Assembly (NCBI GenBank): GCA_029218485.1 | Contig: JAQXRK010000208.1 | Location: 1-33,557, forward strand | Reading direction: 5' to 3' | Source: a bacterium | Lineage (GTDB): Bacteria; Bacillota; Clostridia; Christensenellales; CAG-138 | DNA: 33,557 nt | Shown: in pieces, positions 23,592-32,201 of the stretch | Layout: every line of letters starts with the position of its first letter | Position numbering within the stretch: the stretch's first letter is position 1 | Position numbers and translations under genes: made by a program | The notes under the pieces: generated by a model | Told to the model about the DNA's origin: nothing | The model's database searches: none | What the model saw: only the letters and a program-made list of their open reading frames with translations

Positions 23592-24254
23592 ATGTTGATC
23601 GTTGGCGTCTGCGGAGCGAGCGGAAGCGGCAAGAGCACGCTCGCAAGACACATTCGGGACACGCTCGACTGCAAGTGCGTTGTGCTCGGGCAGGACGGAT
23701 ATTACAGGAGCTTTCCCGAGCTTTCGTTTGCGCAGCGCGAACGGATCAATTACGACGAACCGTCGATCTTCGATTATGATGAGATGCTCGAAGATGTGCA
23801 GAAGCTGATGCGGGGTGAGCCGATTACGACCAAGGCGTATGACTATACCCAGCATCTGCGCGCCGACCGGCCCGATCTGATCGAGCCGCCGGATGTGCTC
23901 ATCTTCGAGGGCATCCATATGTTCCATGACAAGCGGCTCTGCGATCTGATGGTGCTGAAGGTGTTTTTGCAGGTGGATGCGGATATCTGCCTGCTCCGGC
24001 GCATCAAGCGCGATATCAAGCAGCGCGGCCGCACGATCGACAACATCGCGACCCAGTATCTCGAAACGGTCAAGCCGATGTACGAGAAGTATATCGCAAA
24101 GTACATCGACCATGCGGACTTTGCCGTGATGCGCGGCGGAAAGAACCGCATGGCCATCGACGCCATCGCAGCGTTTCTGACCTCCCGGCTGCTCGCAGAG
24201 CGGCTGGAGGGCGCGGCGCCGCGGCAAGCGGCCGAAACGGCCGCTGTGGAGTGA
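23592..24254 (+). CDS. udk: uridine kinase
   Basis: P-loop VGVCGASGSGKSTLA. Additional blocks are NYDEPSIFDYDEM, LIFEGIHMFHD, and RRIKRDIKQRGRT...QYLETVKPMYEKYI. AAGGAGAGG lies upstream. Confidence 0.9.
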   Translation: MLIVGVCGASGSGKSTLARHIRDTLDCKCVVLGQDGYYRSFPELSFAQRERINYDEPSIFDYDEMLEDVQKLMRGEPITTKAYDYTQHLRADRPDLIEPPDVLIFEGIHMFHDKRLCDLMVLKVFLQVDADICLLRRIKRDIKQRGRTIDNIATQYLETVKPMYEKYIAKYIDHADFAVMRGGKNRMAIDAIAAFLTSRLLAERLEGAAPRQAAETAAVE

Positions 24255-24255
24255 T

Positions 24256-25248
24256 ATGCATCAGGAAATGCGGCAATGGATGGAGCGCTTTACCGCGCTC
24301 CTTTTTGAACACTTTGGCGGGCGCATTCGGTTCGTCGGCTTGCAGGGAAGCTGTGCCCGCGGCGAGGAGACGGACGGGAGCGATATCGATGTGGTGGTGC
24401 TGTTCGACGATGCGGATGCAAAAACGCTGCTGCGTTACCGGGCGCTGATCGATGCGCTGCCGGAGCGCGCGCGCATCTGCGGGTTTGTTTCCGGGGTGGA
24501 AACGCTTGCGCACTGGTCGCGCGCGGATCTGGTGTCGTTCTACTACGATACGGTGCCGTTTTTCGGCCGGCTCGACAGCATCGTCCGGCCGCCGGACCGG
24601 ACGGACGCGCTGTGCGCGGCACATGCGGGCGCGTGCGCGATCTACCATGCCTGCTGCCACAACCTGCTGCATGGGCGCGACGAGGGGGTGCTCGCGGAGG
24701 CGTACAAGGCGGCGCGTTTTGTGCTCTCGGCACTGGTGTTTGCGCGAACGGGCGCGTATCCGGCCGATCGCGCGGCGCTGCGGGAACGGTTGACCGCAGC
24801 GGAGCGGATTCTTCTGGAGAGTGCCGAAGCGGAACCGGGCGAGGAAACGCTGGAGTGCCTGTCGATGCGGCTGCTCGCGTATGCGGCCGGGGTGATCGAG
24901 ACCGCGCAGACCGTGGCGGTGTGTCTCGGATCGGCGGAGAACGAGGGGCCTGCCGGCGGAGCCGGCAGCGGAGGAACCGAAAAACGGAACCCGGAACCGG
25001 CAGGGGGCATGCGCCCGAAATTTTCTGCATACAGAAGGGGTGGTGGATTCGTTGGAATCCCCCACCCCGTGTCCGTATCCGTTCGCGGTTGCCATGCCGC
25101 ATGGCCGGGAGCCGTTCCGGCAGAAATGCGCGGTATCCATATCTGCGTGGCAATCGCCGGCGCGCCCTTTGGTCAGCGCATGCGCAGCCCCTTGGGCAGA
25201 TGGTTTTTGAGCGTGCCGCCGGTCAGCTTGCCAAAGCCGAGCGGATAG
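24256..25248 (+). CDS. nucleotidyltransferase-domain protein (Pol-beta/KNTase-like N-domain + helical C-domain); 3' end uncertain
   Basis: The NTase signature is GLQGSCARGEETDGSDIDVVVLFDD. The ATG lies 1 nt after the udk stop. The last ~100 codons are low-complexity (Gly/Pro/Arg-rich), run through a strong hairpin (25037-25068) and overlap the convergent methyltransferase gene by 76 nt. Confidence 0.6.
   Translation: MHQEMRQWMERFTALLFEHFGGRIRFVGLQGSCARGEETDGSDIDVVVLFDDADAKTLLRYRALIDALPERARICGFVSGVETLAHWSRADLVSFYYDTVPFFGRLDSIVRPPDRTDALCAAHAGACAIYHACCHNLLHGRDEGVLAEAYKAARFVLSALVFARTGAYPADRAALRERLTAAERILLESAEAEPGEETLECLSMRLLAYAAGVIETAQTVAVCLGSAENEGPAGGAGSGGTEKRNPEPAGGMRPKFSAYRRGGGFVGIPHPVSVSVRGCHAAWPGAVPAEMRGIHICVAIAGAPFGQRMRSPLGRWFLSVPPVSLPKPSG
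25037..25068 (-). terminator. 14-bp stem hairpin, likely terminator of the convergent methyltransferase gene
   Basis: ggggtggtggattc gttg gaatcccccacccc has one mismatch. On the minus strand it is followed by ttctgtatgcagaaaattt. It lies 105 nt downstream of the minus-strand stop at 25173. Confidence 0.5.
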
Positions 25249-26453
25249 CCCTGCACACAGACCGCCGCATAGCCGCTGCCGGGCGCCGTGCACGGGATGG
25301 CCTCCCCGGCCAGATAGGCCGAGAGGGCGGCGCCGCCCAGCTCCACCGCGCTTTGAAATGCCGCCTTTTCATAGGCGAGGAACAGCGCGTGCGCGGGCTG
25401 GAAGCGGCCGTTTCGGATCTCACCGGCGGGCACGCCCGCCTGCAGCACGCGGAGCTTGTCGAGCGCGGGGGGCAGCCGCTCCGGCAGCAGAAATACGCGC
25501 CCGTCCGGCAGCAGCCGCGCAGGCTGTTCCGGTGTGTGCGTCATCGCGTCCCGGCAGAAAGCCTCCCATTCCCGCACGGGCCGTTCCCTTGGCGCTTCCG
25601 TGCGGGCGGCGCCGTCACCGGCGCGGCGAAGCAGCGCGGCAAACTGACCCTCCCCGGTCGAGGTGTGCGGGTAGAGATGGTGCATGCCTGCGAGGGAGAA
25701 GTCGGGATGCGCCTGCAAAAACGCCTCCACGGTTTGTTCGTTTTCCTCCGGCGAGAACGTGCAGGTGGAGTACACCAGCCGCCCGCCGGGCCGCAGCGCG
25801 AGCGCGGCGCTGTCGAGGATGGCGCGCTGCCTGACGGCGCAGGCGGCCACGTGCGCCTCGGACCAGTCGGCAACCGCCTGCGGTTCGCGCCGGAACATGC
25901 CCTCGCCGGAGCACGGCGCGTCTGCGAGAACCGCGTCAAAACAGCCCGCGAGCGCCTGACATAGCGCGTCGGGCCGCATGGAGGTCACAACAGCGTTCCG
26001 CACGCCGAGCCGCTCGAGCGTCCGCTGCAGCACCGTGGCGCGGGACGGGACGATTTCGTTGGCAACGAGCAGGCCCGTGTTCTGCAAGCCGGCCGCGATC
26101 TGGCCGGATTTTCCGCCCGGCGCCGCGCACAGGTCGAGCACCGCCTCGCCCGGCTGCAAATCCAGCAGCGAGGCCGGGAGCTGCGCCGACGGCTCCTGCA
26201 TGTAGAACAGGCCCGCCGCGTGCAGCGGATGCCGGCCGGGGGCGAACCCCTCCGGCACAAGGAAGCCCTCCGGGATGACGCCGCAGGGCTCGAGCGCGAT
26301 GCCGAGCAGCGCAGGCAGGGCCTCGGACGCGATCTTCAGCGTGTTCACGCGCAGCGCCCGCCGCGGCGTCTGTTCCATGGCGCGGACATATGCCGGGAAG
26401 TCGCCGCCGAGCTGCCGGCGCATCCGGTTCAAAAAAGCATCGGGAAGTTTCAT
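25173..26453 (-). CDS. RsmB/RsmF (NOL1/NOP2/Sun) family rRNA cytosine-C5 methyltransferase with C-terminal PUA-like domain
   Basis: Read from ATG 26453 the ORF begins MKLPDAFLNRMRRQLGGDF. It has the SAM motif LDLCAAPGGKS, the catalytic Cys motifs DAPCSGEGMFR and VYSTCTFSPEENE, and the C-terminal GYPLGFGKLTGGTLKNHLPKGLR. Confidence 0.85.
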   Translation of the reverse strand: MKLPDAFLNRMRRQLGGDFPAYVRAMEQTPRRALRVNTLKIASEALPALLGIALEPCGVIPEGFLVPEGFAPGRHPLHAAGLFYMQEPSAQLPASLLDLQPGEAVLDLCAAPGGKSGQIAAGLQNTGLLVANEIVPSRATVLQRTLERLGVRNAVVTSMRPDALCQALAGCFDAVLADAPCSGEGMFRREPQAVADWSEAHVAACAVRQRAILDSAALALRPGGRLVYSTCTFSPEENEQTVEAFLQAHPDFSLAGMHHLYPHTSTGEGQFAALLRRAGDGAARTEAPRERPVREWEAFCRDAMTHTPEQPARLLPDGRVFLLPERLPPALDKLRVLQAGVPAGEIRNGRFQPAHALFLAYEKAAFQSAVELGGAALSAYLAGEAIPCTAPGSGYAAVCVQGYPLGFGKLTGGTLKNHLPKGLRMR

Positions 26454-26459
26454 ACGCTC

Positions 26460-26468
26460 AGTATAGCA
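26460..26468 (-). promoter_or_regulatory. extended -10 (TGC-TATACT) positioned for a leaderless methyltransferase mRNA
   Basis: Minus strand reads tgc tatact, then 6 nt (gagcgt), then ATG 26453. There is no Shine-Dalgarno and no good -35. Confidence 0.4.
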
Positions 26469-26509
26469 CAGCGGCGAAGAATAGAAAAGCATGGCGCAGC
26501 GGGTCGCAT

Positions 26510-26529
26510 GTTCATAAAAAGTTCATAAC
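26510..26529. promoter_or_regulatory. direct repeat GTTCATAA x2 with 11-bp period (candidate regulator binding site)
   Basis: gttcataa aaa gttcataa c, read directly from the sequence. It lies in the divergent spacer, just upstream of the candidate ABC-operon -35. Confidence 0.35.
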
Positions 26530-26540
26530 TATTTTGGCAC

Positions 26541-26568
26541 TTGCACTGCAACCGAAATATGATAGTAT
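26541..26568 (+). promoter_or_regulatory. candidate promoter of the ABC operon
   Basis: TTGCAC (26541-26546), a 16-nt spacer, TAGTAT (26563-26568). This is about 70 nt upstream of ATG 26642. Confidence 0.35.
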
Positions 26569-26641
26569 GAGTATTATTATTGACACAATATTTTGTGGTG
26601 CCCATTCGGCATGACAGCATACATACGGGGGAGGGGAGCAT

Positions 26642-27496
26642 ATGGAACAACCGCTTGAAACCGGCTCGGAGGCGTGCCGCAGCACGACCGCCGGTGCGGA
26701 AACCATACCCGATACGGAGCAAACAGCGGTGCAGACGGGTTTATCGCTGATCACGGTGCGCAACGCCAAAAAGATTTACCGCGTGGGCAGCGTCGATATT
26801 CAGGCGCTGCGCGGCGTGGATCTGACCATTGAGGCGGGGGAGCTGTGCTGCATCATCGGCCGCTCCGGCTCCGGAAAGAGCACGCTGCTGAACGTGCTCG
26901 CCGGTCTGGAGCATGTGACCTCCGGCGAGCTGATCATCGCCGGGAAGCGGCTCGACCGCATGAACCAGAGCGAGCTCATCCGCTTCCGGCAGCAGCATAT
27001 CGGGTTCATTTTTCAGTCGTTCAATCTCATGCCCTACTACACGGCGCTGGAGAACGTTGCGTTCCCGCTCGCGTTTCGCGGCGTGCCCGCCTATAAGCGC
27101 AACCGCATGGCGGCAAACATGCTCAAGCTCGTCGGTCTGGAGACGCACATGAAGCACAAGCCGTCCCAGATGAGCGGCGGCCAGCAGCAGCGCGTGGGCA
27201 TTGCGCGGGCGCTTGTAACCGACCCGGAGATCGTATTCGCCGACGAGCCGACCGGCAACCTCGACTCCGGTACCTCCGACGAGGTGATGCACGTGATCTG
27301 CGATATCCTGCGGGAAAAGGGCAAGACGCTCATCATGGTCACACACGATCCGAACATGGCCGAGTACGCCGACAAGGTGGTCAATCTGCTCGACGGCCGG
27401 ATCGTGGACATTCGCATGCAAAAGGCGCGGGAACAGAAGCGAAGCCCGCACAATCCATTGGATCAAGAGAAACAGGGGGAGAATCAGAATGCGTAA
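26642..27496 (+). CDS. ABC transporter ATP-binding protein (MacB/LolD/FtsE-like)
   Basis: Walker A GRSGSGKST, Q-loop FIFQSFNL, signature MSGGQQQR, Walker B IVFADEPT and H-loop MVTHD are all present. A ~35-aa acidic N-terminal extension precedes the domain. GGGGGAGGGG SD lies upstream. Confidence 0.9.
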   Translation: MEQPLETGSEACRSTTAGAETIPDTEQTAVQTGLSLITVRNAKKIYRVGSVDIQALRGVDLTIEAGELCCIIGRSGSGKSTLLNVLAGLEHVTSGELIIAGKRLDRMNQSELIRFRQQHIGFIFQSFNLMPYYTALENVAFPLAFRGVPAYKRNRMAANMLKLVGLETHMKHKPSQMSGGQQQRVGIARALVTDPEIVFADEPTGNLDSGTSDEVMHVICDILREKGKTLIMVTHDPNMAEYADKVVNLLDGRIVDIRMQKAREQKRSPHNPLDQEKQGENQNA

Positions 27497-28940
27497 ACAC
27501 TGGATCAAGCGGAGCATGGCCGTCTGCCTTGGCGCACTGCTGCTCTTTGGCGGCGCAGGCGCGGCGCTGGCGGACGAAACGGAAGAGCCGGAAACCACGC
27601 CCGGCGTGAGCAGGGAGTGCATCTCCATCTCGAAGTGGTACGGCAACGATGAGAAGAGCGGCGTTATCCCCGCCATCTCCGGCGAGCGCGACGAGGCGAT
27701 CGACATCCCGCTGCCGCTCGTTGCGGAGGAGGGGCCGCTCACGGATCTGGAGATCGAGCCGGTGCTCAGCACCAATCTCGACAGCTTTCCGTTCATCATT
27801 CCGAGCATGGTGATGAAGCAGGAGCGCGCAAGCCTCAACAAGGGCGAGTGCTGGTCGGTCTGGTACCGGGGACTCGTTCTCAGCCACAGCGTCACCAAGG
27901 GCGTCAAGCAGGTCGACTTTAAGGTTCGGTATACCTATAACGGCGTGCGCGAGGAGATCGTGCTCAGCGTGTTCGTCAATGTCACCAAGGGCGCGTCCAT
28001 GGGCGGCGGCGGTGGCGGCGTCTCGTTCCGCTCGCAGCCGAAGCTGATCGTCGAGACCTATCAGCTCAGTACCGACAAGCTGTATGCGGGCGAACCGTTT
28101 GAGCTGACGATGAACCTGAGGAACACATCGGCCGACGAGGCAATCCGGAACATCCAGCTCCATATGAAGGATGAGACCGGCACCGTTCTGCCCGCGCAGA
28201 ACGGCAGCAACACGCTCTACATCAAGGAGATTGAGAAGGAGGGCGGTACGACCGTCAAGGTCATGCTGCAGGCGGCGCCGGACGCGGAGGCCAAGGCGTA
28301 TGCGCTGTCGCTTGCGTTCAGCTACGACGGCGTATCCAGCAAGCAGGCGTATACCGCGGAGGAATCCATCACCCTGCCGGTGCAGCAGCGCATCCGCATC
28401 AAGTGCGACGATCCGCTCGTGTACGACGAGCCGTGGGCCGGCCAGACGGCTGCCGTCGGCGTTTCGCTCTACAACATGGGCAAATCCTCGATCTATAACT
28501 GCATGGTCACGGTTGAGGGCGAGGGCCTTTCCATGCCGGAGACGTATTTCGGCGGCAACATCGCCAGCGGCGGCACCATGCGCGCCGAGTTCGATGTGCA
28601 GACCGATGTGGCGGGCGATATCGCCGGCACGGTCGTGATCACCTATGAGGATGTTTACGGCGAGCAGCTCGAGGAGCGGCTGCCGCTGAACATGTATGTC
28701 AACGAACAGATGAGCATGGAGCCGGTCTTTGACGATCCGTCCATGATGATGCCGGATGGCAAAGACCCGATGGCCGGCGGCGATATGGCGGCTATGGGTG
28801 GCATGGACGGCATGGATGGCAGTGCGGGCGGCATCGGTTGGTATTGGTGGGCCATCGCCATTCTGGCGGTTGCGGCCGGCGTCGTCGTGCTCGGCGTGAT
28901 GCGCCACAAGAAGCGCCAGAAGGAGCTGGAAGCGCTATGA
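27489..28940 (+). CDS. secreted, C-terminally membrane-anchored protein with two beta-sandwich-like modules (CARDB/COG1361-like); ABC accessory component
   Basis: Signal peptide MRKHWIKRSMAVCLGALLLFGGAGAALA. Two similar modules are present (AGEPFELTMNLRNTSADEAIRNIQLHM... and AGQTAAVGVSLYNMGKSSIYNCMVTVEG...). A Met/Gly/Asp-rich linker follows, then a TM (WYWWAIAILAVAAGVVVLGV) and the tail MRHKKRQK. It overlaps the ATPase gene by 8 nt and the permease gene by ATGA. Confidence 0.75.
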   Translation: MRKHWIKRSMAVCLGALLLFGGAGAALADETEEPETTPGVSRECISISKWYGNDEKSGVIPAISGERDEAIDIPLPLVAEEGPLTDLEIEPVLSTNLDSFPFIIPSMVMKQERASLNKGECWSVWYRGLVLSHSVTKGVKQVDFKVRYTYNGVREEIVLSVFVNVTKGASMGGGGGGVSFRSQPKLIVETYQLSTDKLYAGEPFELTMNLRNTSADEAIRNIQLHMKDETGTVLPAQNGSNTLYIKEIEKEGGTTVKVMLQAAPDAEAKAYALSLAFSYDGVSSKQAYTAEESITLPVQQRIRIKCDDPLVYDEPWAGQTAAVGVSLYNMGKSSIYNCMVTVEGEGLSMPETYFGGNIASGGTMRAEFDVQTDVAGDIAGTVVITYEDVYGEQLEERLPLNMYVNEQMSMEPVFDDPSMMMPDGKDPMAGGDMAAMGGMDGMDGSAGGIGWYWWAIAILAVAAGVVVLGVMRHKKRQKELEAL

Positions 28941-30226
28941 GACTGAGCGATCTGCTCTCGATCGCGTTTCTGAACCTGTGGCGCAGAAAGCTGCGCGCGT
29001 TTCTGACCGTGCTCGGCATGACCATCGGCGTGGCGTCGATCGTGGTCATGGTATCGCTCGGTATCGGCATCCGCGAGGCGACGATAAAGAGCTTTGCGGG
29101 CACCGGGAGCCTTACCCTGATTCAGGTCAACACCTGGTCGTATGTGGAAACGGGCGATGGCGGGGGTGTCAGCCGCGAAACGGAGCTGAACAAGAAGAGT
29201 GTGGAAGCGTTCCGGCAGATTCCCGGCGTGCGCGCGGTCATGCCGATGGTGGAGGCGTGGGGTCTGCTCAAGAGCGGCAAATACGTATCGGACGTCTCCA
29301 TCCTGGGCGTCGATGCGGATATGGCGAAGGAATTCGATCTGTCGCTGAGCAGCGGCCGCTACCCGGAGGCCAGGCGCGGCAGCACGCAGGAGATGGTGGT
29401 CGGCAGCTATGTGCTCGAGTGGTTCCGCGATCCGAAGACCGGCAAGGAGGCGCGGGACCGCGACGGCAACCCGAAGGTCACGCTCGACGACCGGTTTCAG
29501 TTTACGTTCGATTACAGCAATGTGTACGATTACGGCAACGGCGAGAGCACGCAGCCGAAGGGATCGATGTACAAGATCGATCTGGTCGGCAGCATGCAGG
29601 ACGAGGGCAACTATTCGTACTATTGCCTGATGGAGATGTCCACGCTCGAGAAGCTGATGAAGGACAACAAGGATTATGTCGGCGGAAGGGGCGAAGGCAA
29701 GTACAATCAGGTGCTGGTGAAGTGCAGCGACATCTCCGATGTCAAGGCCGTTAAGACCGAAATTGAGAACATGGGCTACGGCACCTACAGCGCGCAGGAC
29801 GCCGTGGAGATGGCGGAGGAGCAGACCGCGCGGATCCAGTACCTACTCGGCGCGATCGGCGGCGTGTCGCTGCTGGTGGCGGCCATCGGCATCATCAACA
29901 CGATGATGATGAGCATCTACGAGCGCACCAAGGAGATCGGCATCATCAAGGTGCTCGGCTGCCGCATGAGCAACATTGCGGGCATGTTCCTTGCCGAGTC
30001 CGCGTTCATCGGCCTGTTCGGCGGCGCGCTCGGCCTCGGCGTGTCCTATGGCCTCGGGCTGGTGCTAAACGCGCTTCTGGCCTCCTCGGGCCTGACGAGC
30101 GTGATTCCGCTGTATCTGGCCGTTGGCGCGGTGGCGTTCTCCGTGCTGGTTGGCCTGCTTTCCGGCCTGTACCCGGCCATCCGCGCAATGCGCCTGAGCC
30201 CGCTGGCCGCGATCCGCAACGAATAA
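28937..30226 (+). CDS. ABC transporter permease, FtsX/MacB type (TM1 - large extracytoplasmic domain - 3 TM)
   Basis: MRLSDLLSIAFLNLWRRKLRAFLTVLGMTIGVASIV is the typical MacB_PCD N-terminus. The C-terminal FtsX block is TKEIGIIKVLGCRMSNIAGMFLAES...LSGLYPAIRAMRLSPLAAIR. Confidence 0.9.
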   Translation: MRLSDLLSIAFLNLWRRKLRAFLTVLGMTIGVASIVVMVSLGIGIREATIKSFAGTGSLTLIQVNTWSYVETGDGGGVSRETELNKKSVEAFRQIPGVRAVMPMVEAWGLLKSGKYVSDVSILGVDADMAKEFDLSLSSGRYPEARRGSTQEMVVGSYVLEWFRDPKTGKEARDRDGNPKVTLDDRFQFTFDYSNVYDYGNGESTQPKGSMYKIDLVGSMQDEGNYSYYCLMEMSTLEKLMKDNKDYVGGRGEGKYNQVLVKCSDISDVKAVKTEIENMGYGTYSAQDAVEMAEEQTARIQYLLGAIGGVSLLVAAIGIINTMMMSIYERTKEIGIIKVLGCRMSNIAGMFLAESAFIGLFGGALGLGVSYGLGLVLNALLASSGLTSVIPLYLAVGAVAFSVLVGLLSGLYPAIRAMRLSPLAAIRNE

Positions 30227-30265
30227 TCGGCTCTCCGCTCCGGTGCAGAGCAGGAACGGGGATTT

Positions 30266-30310
30266 ACGGGCGATCTGCCGCGACAGACGGGCGGCAATCG
30301 CCCGTTTTTC
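30266..30310 (+). terminator. rho-independent terminator of the ABC operon
   Basis: Outer stem acgggcgat / atcgcccgt (30266-30274 / 30297-30305) is followed by ttttt. It lies 40 nt after the permease stop. Confidence 0.75.
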
Positions 30311-30389
30311 GTATTCTCCCCAAAAAGCGGTGGCATTTTTGTACCGTCTGTTGTATCATGGGAGCAACAGTCAAGCGGAGGAATCATCA

Positions 30390-30665
30390 ATGAAGAGAGC
30401 CATCGTTACCGTCATCGGGCACGACCGCGTGGGGATCATTGCGCGCGTGAGCACGCTGCTGGCCGAGTTCGGCGTCAACGTACTGGATATCAGCCAGACG
30501 GTTATGAACGAGTATTTTACCATGGTCATGCTCGTGGATTTGCAGGGCTGCACGGAGGACTTCTCCAAGCTGCGCGACGCGCTCGTAGCGCTCGGGGAGC
30601 AGATGGCGCTGTCCGTTCGGATTCAGCATGAGGAAATCTTCAACGCCATGCACGCGGTGAACTGA
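30390..30665 (+). CDS. ACT domain-containing protein (UPF0237 family)
   Basis: 91 aa. [51 protein letters not shown] is a classic ACT beta-alpha-beta-beta-alpha-beta start. GGAGGAA lies 7 nt upstream of ATG 30390. Confidence 0.85.
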   Translation: MKRAIVTVIGHDRVGIIARVSTLLAEFGVNVLDISQTVMNEYFTMVMLVDLQGCTEDFSKLRDALVALGEQMALSVRIQHEEIFNAMHAVN

Positions 30666-30666
30666 T

Positions 30667-32025
30667 ATGCAGAATCAAAGGGAAATTCTGGAAACCGTGC
30701 GCATGATCGAGCAGCAGCACCTCGATATCCGCACCATCACGATGGGCATTTCGCTGCATGACTGCGCGGATGCCGATGCAAAGCGAGCCTGCCGGAAGAT
30801 CTACGACAAGATCACAACGCGCGCCGAGGCGCTCGTCCGCACCGGCGAGCTGATCGAAACCGAGTACGGCATTCCGATCGTGAACAAACGCGTTGCGGTG
30901 ACCCCGATTGCGGAGATCGCTGCGGCTTCCGACGCGGCGGACTACGTTCCGTTTGCAAGAGCGCTCGACCGCGCGGCGGAGACGCTCGGCATCAATTTCA
31001 TCGGTGGGTTCTCGGCGCTCGTGCAGAAGGGCATGACCGAGGCCGACAGGAAGCTCATCGCCAGCATCCCCGAGGCGCTGGCCGAGACCGGGCGCGTCTG
31101 CTCGTCGGTCAACGTCGCCTCCACGCGCGCCGGCATCAACATGGACGCCGTGGCGTGGATGGGCCGCATCATCCGGGAGACGGCTGAGCGGACGCGGGAA
31201 ACGGACGGGCTCGGCTGCGCGAAGCTCGTGGTGTTTGCCAATGCCGTGGAGGACAACCCGTTTATGGCGGGCGCGTTTCACGGCGCGGGCGAGCCGGAGT
31301 GCTGCGTGAATGTCGGCGTGTCCGGCCCGGGCGTGGTCAAGACCGCGCTCGAACAGGTCCGGGGCGAGTCGTTCGACGTCGTCGCTGAGACGATCAAGAA
31401 GACGGCGTTCCGCATCACGCGCATGGGACAGCTCGTGGCGCGCGTCGCGGCGGAGCGGCTCGGCGTGCCGTTCGGCATTGTCGACCTGTCGCTGGCGCCG
31501 ACGCCGGCCATCGGCGATTCCGTAGCGTATATTTTGGAGGAGATGGGCCTCGAGCGCGCGGGCGCGCCGGGCACCACGGCGGCGCTTGCCATGCTCAACG
31601 ATGCGGTCAAAAAGGGCGGTGTGATGGCTTCGGGCCATGTTGGCGGCCTGTCCGGCGCGTTCATCCCGGTCAGCGAGGACGCCGGCATGATCGATGCGGC
31701 GCGCATCGGCGCGCTCTCGCTTGAGAAGCTGGAGGCCATGACGTGCGTGTGCTCGGTGGGCATCGATATGGTGGCCGTGCCGGGCGCAACCAGCGCTGCC
31801 ACGCTGTCCGCCATCATTGCGGATGAGGCGGCCATCGGCATGATCAACCAGAAGACGACGGCCGTCCGCATCATCCCCGTGCCGGGCAAGGATGTGGGCG
31901 ACACGGTGGAGTTCGGCGGTTTGCTCGGCACCGCGCCGGTCATGCGGGTGAGCGGATACGGCAGCGACGCCTTTATCGCGCGCGGCGGACGGATTCCGGC
32001 GCCGATTCACAGCCTCAGGAACTGA
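30667..32025 (+). CDS. UPF0210 (DUF711, PFL-like) family protein
   Basis: 452 aa. [28 protein letters not shown] is the characteristic N-terminus. The ATG lies 1 nt after the ACT gene stop. This is the conserved UPF0237-UPF0210 pairing. Confidence 0.9.
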   Translation: MQNQREILETVRMIEQQHLDIRTITMGISLHDCADADAKRACRKIYDKITTRAEALVRTGELIETEYGIPIVNKRVAVTPIAEIAAASDAADYVPFARALDRAAETLGINFIGGFSALVQKGMTEADRKLIASIPEALAETGRVCSSVNVASTRAGINMDAVAWMGRIIRETAERTRETDGLGCAKLVVFANAVEDNPFMAGAFHGAGEPECCVNVGVSGPGVVKTALEQVRGESFDVVAETIKKTAFRITRMGQLVARVAAERLGVPFGIVDLSLAPTPAIGDSVAYILEEMGLERAGAPGTTAALAMLNDAVKKGGVMASGHVGGLSGAFIPVSEDAGMIDAARIGALSLEKLEAMTCVCSVGIDMVAVPGATSAATLSAIIADEAAIGMINQKTTAVRIIPVPGKDVGDTVEFGGLLGTAPVMRVSGYGSDAFIARGGRIPAPIHSLRN

Positions 32026-32201
32026 ACCGGAGGCGCGGGACGAACGGGCGCGCGCAGACGGCGCTTTTCGGGGCGCTGCGCGGTTGCCGGTCAGGCAGCG
32101 GATGCTGCTGTTCCCGGGCCATCTGGTTTTGAAACGAAGATCAACGGATGCCCTGCCGGCCGCCCGACAGGGTATGCCCATGTTTTGGAAGGGGTATTTT
32201 G

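Noticed and set aside
24256-25248. MNT-HEPN toxin-antitoxin pair or an aminoglycoside/lincosamide nucleotidyltransferase resistance gene
   Set aside because: There is a single fused ORF with no separate HEPN partner and no Rx4-6H motif that I could place confidently. Similarity to specific ANT/Lnu families cannot be established by eye. The context (udk, rRNA methyltransferase) is housekeeping.
26580-26608. Second TTGACA hexamer (26580-26585) as the ABC operon promoter
   Set aside because: The sequence 17-18 nt downstream (cattcg) is a poor -10. The upstream TTGCAC-16-TAGTAT pair is a better fit, although neither is verified.
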